The notes below the pieces were generated by a model. The model was not told the DNA's origin, searched no databases, and saw only the letters and a program-made list of their open reading frames with translations. From NCBI GenBank assembly GCA_037137755.1, contig JBAXJR010000027.1, forward strand, positions 1-32,582: a stretch of 32,582 bases of DNA. The letters run 5' to 3'. Shown here piece by piece: positions 26,987 to 32,582 of the stretch (its first letter is position 1; the number at the start of each line of letters is the position of its first letter). A program made the translations under genes and the position numbers. The DNA is from Methanomicrobiales archaeon. GTDB lineage: Archaea > Halobacteriota > Methanomicrobia > Methanomicrobiales > Methanospirillaceae.

Positions 26987-28300
26987 TTATACAACTTTCG
27001 CAACTGACTGAATCGGCTTCTTGAACTCTTCAATCTGGCCGAAGGTGTCTGCGTAGATCTTGGATGTGGCTTCTGGGCCGAACATCTGGGTACCTGCATC
27101 AAGACAGCATGCAGCGACGATACAGGGCATACCAACACCGGCGGCGTGACGGGTCACGACGTGGTTTCCGTTGAAGACACCTGGGCCACCGCCACCATAG
27201 ATCGAGTGGCTGAAGAATGAGAACCCGACTGCGACACCCATTGTACGACCGAAGTCTGACCCTGGGAGGCCGGTCTCATGCTCGAGCAGGTCGTTGAAGT
27301 ACAGAAGGGTTGCAGATACTGCCTGTGCGAAACGTCCTGCACCACAGTTTACCATGGTTGCTGCGAGGGTTCCTGCTGAGGCGTAGGCGTTCCACATCAT
27401 TGGGTCCTTGGTGTCCATGAATGTGTAACCGCTCTTGCCCTTCTTTCCTGCCTTGATAACCTTGTCCTCGATTGCTCTCTCAACAAGGCTTTGGACGACG
27501 GTACCGACAGTACCTGTCTTGCCGTTCTTCTTGACGAGGTCGTAGACGAGGTTGTTTGCGTTAAGTCCCTGGTATGCGAGAAGCAGGAGCTGTGCACGCT
27601 CGAAGGGACCGATTGCGGCACCCATCTCGAATTCTCCGGCCTGCTCGAAAATGGACGAAAGTGCGGCACCCTGGATTGCATTCCTGTGGGTCATCATTGC
27701 TGCGTGGTTCGCAGGGATGTTACGGAGTGCGTATCCGAGACCTTCGTTGTTCTGCGGGATGGACAGGATAGAAACGACATTGCCGCCCTGCATGTCCATT
27801 GTCTGCGGGTAGGTACCCCAGACTGCTGCCTTGACCATCGACATGTCGAACATACCGACCTTGTACTGTTCCATCAGTGCGTAGGTGGTTGCTGCTGCGA
27901 CTGCTGTTGAGGCTGCATCATAGGTTGCTGCTGAGTCAAGACGGGCTGTCGGGCACTCGACGAGGATCATCTTGCCGCCGCCGACCTTGGTGATCTTGGT
28001 GTTGTCACCAGCGGTGACTTCGACCATTGCCTTGATCTTGGCTGAGAGTGCCTCGCTGTCCTTGACACAGTCCACTTTCATGGTGCGTCCGAGGATCTGG
28101 TTGCTCTTGCCGCCGACCTTTCCGGTCTTCAGTGCCTCGTCGATACCGGCGAAGTTGACTGCAACCGTCCTCTTGGTGAGGTCGATGATCTTCTTCATCC
28201 CTGGGTTGACCAGCGGGCTGATCTTTTCAAGGGTGACGCCACTCTTGAGCAGCTTGCCCTCATCGTCATAAAGGTCAATTGTTTCCTTGTATTTTGCCAT
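26987..28300 (-). CDS. mcrB: Methyl-coenzyme M reductase beta subunit
   Basis: AYQGLNANN, SFFSHSIYGGGGPGVFNGNHVVTRH. Confidence 0.99.
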   Translation of the reverse strand: MAKYKETIDLYDDEGKLLKSGVTLEKISPLVNPGMKKIIDLTKRTVAVNFAGIDEALKTGKVGGKSNQILGRTMKVDCVKDSEALSAKIKAMVEVTAGDNTKITKVGGGKMILVECPTARLDSAATYDAASTAVAAATTYALMEQYKVGMFDMSMVKAAVWGTYPQTMDMQGGNVVSILSIPQNNEGLGYALRNIPANHAAMMTHRNAIQGAALSSIFEQAGEFEMGAAIGPFERAQLLLLAYQGLNANNLVYDLVKKNGKTGTVGTVVQSLVERAIEDKVIKAGKKGKSGYTFMDTKDPMMWNAYASAGTLAATMVNCGAGRFAQAVSATLLYFNDLLEHETGLPGSDFGRTMGVAVGFSFFSHSIYGGGGPGVFNGNHVVTRHAAGVGMPCIVAACCLDAGTQMFGPEATSKIYADTFGQIEEFKKPIQSVAKVV

Positions 28301-28437
28301 AATTTTCCTCCGTTAATTTACGTTTACCGAATTGTACAATACGTTCGCTGGAAGTGTATGAGCGCCATGGCTCACGAATGCGGGTTGAAGGTCACTATTG
28401 CACGTCCCCTCATGGGACAGTTGTATATTCATATACT

Positions 28438-28462
28438 CTTAATATAAGTGTTGTGTTTTTTA
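28438..28462 (-). promoter_or_regulatory. Probable mcr promoter (BRE/TATA)
   Basis: Minus strand reads AAAAAACACAACACTTATATTAAG, about 140 bp upstream of mcrB in an AT-rich intergenic region. Confidence 0.5.
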
Positions 28463-28645
28463 TTTTTATTTTTTAATATAATATGATTAAAATAATTACT
28501 ATTAAGGGGGGAATATTCAAATATTACCCCCACATCCGGAATCATTCATAAAACAGGTATGAAGAAAAGTAAAAAATGTATCACGAAGTATTACGTTAAT
28601 ACTCCATTTGTATGAATTTGCAGTGCGCTTTTTTGGTGAAAAAGA

Positions 28646-29446
28646 TCAGATTTTCTGGTATAAGTTACCGTATACCATCTGTCCTTTTCTTTTCTTGTGG
28701 CGCTCGCCGGTATCGCCAATATAGTGTGCAAACTTTGCCGTTACACCCTCGATTTCAAGGTCGACATCATCGACATACTTGAAACCCGGCATCATCACAT
28801 CGATGGTGCCGAAAATTATAACCTCGCCCTCTACCATCTGTCCGGCAACTTTGCTTGGTGCATTTCCCTTGACGATAATTTTTCCGCCTTCGGCGTGGGT
28901 CATAAGGTGGACATCAACATCCCCGTTGATGACCATCTCACCCCCGGCCATATACATCCCGACATCGCTGCCGGCATTCCCCTTTACAAGGATCTTTCCG
29001 CCAGACATGCCACGCCAGTCGCCACGGTATGCGGCACCCAGGTAATTTCCGGCATTCCCCTCGATAATGAGTTCTCCGCCTTTCATACCTGTTGCAGCAA
29101 ATGCCTGGATATTCCCCCTGACAGTCATTTTACCGCCGGTCATCCATGCGCCTGCATACAGGTCAGTGCTGCCGTCGATGACAATCTCACCGGCACTCAT
29201 CTTCATGCCGATGTACTTGACTTTCGTTACATCGCCTTTGACGACGATTTTCGTCTCTCCGGCGGTTGCTCCTGCATCACCGGAAATTTCGAAATACTTG
29301 CCGAGTGTGGACTTTGTATTTCCTTCGTACACATGGAGCTCTGCGATCTGTGCGGCCGTTTTTCCCGCAAATTCATCCGGGCAGATGTTTTCCGTTTCGA
29401 GATACAGCGCCGGAGAATTTTTCATCGTGATTGTTACGGTTTCCAT
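28646..29446 (-). CDS. fwdC: Formylmethanofuran dehydrogenase subunit C
   Basis: Gly-rich beta-helix repeats (M.GG.I.V.G), GAAYRGDWRGMSGG; start at ATG 29446. Confidence 0.95.
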   Translation of the reverse strand: METVTITMKNSPALYLETENICPDEFAGKTAAQIAELHVYEGNTKSTLGKYFEISGDAGATAGETKIVVKGDVTKVKYIGMKMSAGEIVIDGSTDLYAGAWMTGGKMTVRGNIQAFAATGMKGGELIIEGNAGNYLGAAYRGDWRGMSGGKILVKGNAGSDVGMYMAGGEMVINGDVDVHLMTHAEGGKIIVKGNAPSKVAGQMVEGEVIIFGTIDVMMPGFKYVDDVDLEIEGVTAKFAHYIGDTGERHKKRKGQMVYGNLYQKI

Positions 29447-29455
29447 GGTACACAC

Positions 29456-31168
29456 CTACACCTGGGTTGCATCTACCTCTAGTGCAAACGGGTTCGGGAC
29501 AAAGTGGTGTCCGAGTGATTCGTAGTTTGCCTGGGTCATGCTGTAGTATTTCAGGAATTTTTCCTTGATATCACGCATGACCTGCGGGTTGTCATTTACC
29601 TTGACATCAACCCAGAGGGTGCGCTTGTTGCCGATGTTTACGATATCACCGTGTGTGACTACCTGCACACCGCTCTTGAAGACATATGCCGCCCTTGAGA
29701 AGGCGGTTTCAATCATTTCGGGGTCTGCAAGTGGTTTATCCGGGTTGAAATCATACACGGCAACGTCTGCATCCATGCCTGGCTTTAAGCCACCACAGAT
29801 ATTGGCAAGCCCGAGGGACTTTGCCGGCCCTGCACGGGTCATCTGGGCGAGCTCGTAGAGCGTGATCTCGCGGTCGATACTACCAAGGGTCGATGCTGCT
29901 ATGACCTTGTCAGCATTCTTGAACGTGTTGAGCCGCTCGTCACGGGCCTTCTTGCTCATCAGCCACTTGAAGACACGGGGGTACCGGGTGAATGGTCCTG
30001 CATTCGGGTGATCTGTCGTGATGAAACAACGCATCGGGTCTTTTGCCAGGAGTGCGAGTTCAAGACCGATTGACCACTGGATGGCACAGACCTTGATGTC
30101 GGGGCTGTAGATATACGGCACGACACCGGCTGCAGTCTCGAGTTCCACGTCACAGTTTGCCCATTTCAGGTGGTTCAGCCCTGTAAGGTGGTGCTCGAAC
30201 GGACCGTCGGCAGTCATCGTTGTCGTCTCATCGAGGGTAACATTGCCGGTATCCATCGTGAGGTTCTTGTGACTGTTCACATAGTTCATGATCTCCGTGG
30301 CCTTGGACTCGAAATTACCCCAGTTCTCTCCACCGTAGGAGTGGAACTGCATGTGGGTAATATGCATGACCTGCTCACGGCCGAACTTGTTCTTTGCCTT
30401 GTAGCCTTCCGCAAGGTTCAGGGTGTCCAGGGTTGTCTGGTAACAGCCGGGGTTCCCGAGGTTATTCGGGTGAATGTGCATCGAGTGGGGGAGACCGAGG
30501 TACTCGTTCGCCTCGATAAGCCCCTTGACGATTTCTGCCGGGGTGATATCGAAGTACGGGACCGGGTCATTGATCGAGAGACAGTTCAGTCCCCATCCCC
30601 ATGCTTCGGTGCCGCCGGGGTTGACGACCTTGACGGCATATCCCTTTGTTGCACGGAGCAGCCAGGCAATATATGCCGCGGTGTTCTCTACCTCGTTGTT
30701 CTTCAGGTACTCCATCACGAACCAGTTATTGCCGAAGACCGGGAATGCACCCTCGTCAATGATCGGCGTATCCCGGATCTCCTCATGCACGTGGCGTGAG
30801 AACATGGGGGGCATTGCTGCCTCCATGCATGTCGTGTAACCCATCTTGGCATACTCGTAGCCGGTTTTGAAGGTGCTTGGGATCGAATTTCCGGAGCCTG
30901 TCCGTTCGATCCCCTTTGTTGGAGTACAGGTGAAGAGCTTGTCTTCCGGACGATAGATCCGGCCCAGGTTCACCTTCGGGCCTGCGATGTGGGCGTGGAT
31001 CTCCACGGCACCGGCCATTACCGTCTTTCCGGCGGCATCTATGACCTTTGCAGATTTTGAGACGTCCTTGACGATTTTACCATCCTTGATGGCAACATCG
31101 GACTTCTCGCCCTTGATACCCTGGACGGGGTCGAATACAAATCCGTTCTTAATAATATATTCTGACAT
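29456..31168 (-). CDS. fwdA: Formylmethanofuran dehydrogenase subunit A
   Basis: Amidohydrolase motifs HAHIAG, KVVNPGG, HIHPNNLG, HMQFHSY, TTDHPN. Confidence 0.97.
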   Translation of the reverse strand: MSEYIIKNGFVFDPVQGIKGEKSDVAIKDGKIVKDVSKSAKVIDAAGKTVMAGAVEIHAHIAGPKVNLGRIYRPEDKLFTCTPTKGIERTGSGNSIPSTFKTGYEYAKMGYTTCMEAAMPPMFSRHVHEEIRDTPIIDEGAFPVFGNNWFVMEYLKNNEVENTAAYIAWLLRATKGYAVKVVNPGGTEAWGWGLNCLSINDPVPYFDITPAEIVKGLIEANEYLGLPHSMHIHPNNLGNPGCYQTTLDTLNLAEGYKAKNKFGREQVMHITHMQFHSYGGENWGNFESKATEIMNYVNSHKNLTMDTGNVTLDETTTMTADGPFEHHLTGLNHLKWANCDVELETAAGVVPYIYSPDIKVCAIQWSIGLELALLAKDPMRCFITTDHPNAGPFTRYPRVFKWLMSKKARDERLNTFKNADKVIAASTLGSIDREITLYELAQMTRAGPAKSLGLANICGGLKPGMDADVAVYDFNPDKPLADPEMIETAFSRAAYVFKSGVQVVTHGDIVNIGNKRTLWVDVKVNDNPQVMRDIKEKFLKYYSMTQANYESLGHHFVPNPFALEVDATQV

Positions 31169-31170
31169 AA

Positions 31171-32487
31171 TTATGCGACCCCCTTGAGTTTCTTCACGCG
31201 ATCGCGAACCATTACAAGGAACTGTTCATCGGTGAGCATGCCCTCCGGAGCATCGACGACCTTACGGCAGTCGATCGGAACGTTATCCATGCGGTATGCA
31301 TTGCCACCGGTCTCAACACCATTGAATGCAACAGGCACATGAAGCTTTGAAACACCACTGGTCGGGGTGATGTGGGGATCGACGCATACTGAATTGACCT
31401 GTGAAATCTTCTTTACTGCACTGATTGGGAAATGTGCTCCCGGATCGCTTCCAATAACAAATGCTGCATCAATTTCCCCCCGGTTAAGGAGGTCGATAGA
31501 GCTCGTGTCGCCCGGGTTATAACGCGGGAACCCGCGGGTAAGATCAACGGAATACGGGTACCCGAACTGCCATGCGAGGACCTCTCCGGACCCTGTCACA
31601 TTGTAGTGACCACGCATTGGCATGATGGAGAATTTCGTGTATTCGTTGAGGTCTTTGGTGACCGCGATTGCCTCATCGATGTTGTGGTTCTTTCCAAGTG
31701 ACTGGGTAACACCCATACCGAAGAAGATGATCCCGAACCGGCCTGCTTTCATAACATTCGTCGCCTCGATGATCTTCTCTTTTGGTATCCCTGCTACAAC
31801 ATCCGGCAGCCATTCGCCCCTTATTGCGACGCGGAATGCGTTAAGGAGTTCGTAGTCCTGTCCCTGGGTGACCTGGAGGTGAATATCTGCCATCTTGGCA
31901 GTGTCAGTGACACGGGGGTCAACTACCACCAGTTTACGGCTTTTATGTCCCTTTCCGGTAAAGAATCCACGTGGGAATATCGAGTACCGGGACATGTGGC
32001 GTGGGTGGGCATGACAGGGGTTGCATCCCCAGAAGATAATTGTGTCAGCCCGGTTCTTAACTTCACCAAGCGTGCAGGTAGGCAGGCCTATGTCCTGCAC
32101 GGCAATCAGGGTGGTGCCGTGGCAGACTGCTGCTGTATTATCAACACATGCACGACACATCTCTGCGATCTCGTTTCCAACGCTCTGGGCTTCGCAATTG
32201 ACCGAGCTCCACCCGTACATCAGCGGTTTCTTTGCACCGGCAAGCATTTTTGCCGTGTAATCTGCCGCTTCGTTGTAGGTGATCTCTTTCCAGGTGCCAT
32301 CCGGCTGCTGGAGTCTCGGCCTGGTGATCCGGTCTTTTGCCTGTGAATGCAGGAATTTTTCCGCACCAATTGCACAGGCGTTGTACACGTCAAGGATCTG
32401 TTTACCGTCATCGGTAACGGTGACCTCGAGATCGTCACAGAGCGTACCGCAGAACGGGCACACAACATCGGTAACTGACTTTGTCAT
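31171..32487 (-). CDS. fwdB: Formylmethanofuran dehydrogenase subunit B (Mo/W-pterin, Cys ligand)
   Basis: CPFCGTLCDD, AVCHG, TLGEVKNRAD, HAHPRHMSRYS, MRGHYNV. W versus Mo cannot be decided from this sequence. Confidence 0.96.
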   Translation of the reverse strand: MTKSVTDVVCPFCGTLCDDLEVTVTDDGKQILDVYNACAIGAEKFLHSQAKDRITRPRLQQPDGTWKEITYNEAADYTAKMLAGAKKPLMYGWSSVNCEAQSVGNEIAEMCRACVDNTAAVCHGTTLIAVQDIGLPTCTLGEVKNRADTIIFWGCNPCHAHPRHMSRYSIFPRGFFTGKGHKSRKLVVVDPRVTDTAKMADIHLQVTQGQDYELLNAFRVAIRGEWLPDVVAGIPKEKIIEATNVMKAGRFGIIFFGMGVTQSLGKNHNIDEAIAVTKDLNEYTKFSIMPMRGHYNVTGSGEVLAWQFGYPYSVDLTRGFPRYNPGDTSSIDLLNRGEIDAAFVIGSDPGAHFPISAVKKISQVNSVCVDPHITPTSGVSKLHVPVAFNGVETGGNAYRMDNVPIDCRKVVDAPEGMLTDEQFLVMVRDRVKKLKGVA

Positions 32488-32582
32488 CAGGATTCACCCC
32501 GGCAGGCTTTCTGTACAAGTTCTACTCCGAGAAGGATAGGCTGGTCCATTGCGACTTCAACCTCAACGGGTACTCCCTTGAA
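32487..32582 (-). CDS. fwdD: Formylmethanofuran dehydrogenase subunit D, 3' end only
   Basis: Manual translation FKGVPVEVEVAMDQPILLGVELVQKACRGES*; its TGA overlaps the fwdB ATG (TGATG). Confidence 0.8.
   Translation of the reverse strand, partial: FKGVPVEVEVAMDQPILLGVELVQKACRGES

Noticed and set aside
23398-28300. Divergent alkyl-CoM reductase
   Set aside because: Active-site and modification-site motifs ([33 protein letters not shown]) are canonical for methane-type MCR.
31171-32487. Selenocysteine-containing FwdB or stop-codon recoding
   Set aside because: The ligand position is a normal Cys (AVCHG) and the frame has no internal stop.

Overview
Chromosomal window from a hydrogenotrophic methanogen, most likely Methanomicrobiales (inferred from gene order and protein sequences). 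The right end (minus strand) is core methanogenesis: fwdD (partial)-fwdB-fwdA-fwdC, then mcrBDCGA encoding a canonical methane-type MCR. Downstream of mcrA lie at least 23 kb of accessory DNA in two blocks. Block 1 (about 8.3-23.3 kb) is bracketed by a 42-bp imperfect direct repeat. It carries an MFS exporter, a DJ-1/PfpI protein, an MNT-HEPN toxin-antitoxin pair, a TPP-dependent 2-keto-acid decarboxylase, a kdp operon with a KdpC-KdpA fusion and a KdpD lacking its kinase, small ORFs, and a secreted three-repeat protein. Block 2 (1-8.2 kb, minus strand) is the most interesting part. A small winged-helix regulator and a membrane protein precede two paralogous secreted proteins whose shared core looks like a tandem Spy/CpxP/ZraP-like (LTxxQ) domain, followed by two lipoprotein metallophosphoesterases. 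Three promoter-like regions in this block carry arrays of 11-bp direct repeats (one helical turn apart), and one array has expanded to 9 near-perfect copies. I propose this is an uncharacterised archaeal envelope-sensing regulon; that interpretation is inference and has not been tested.
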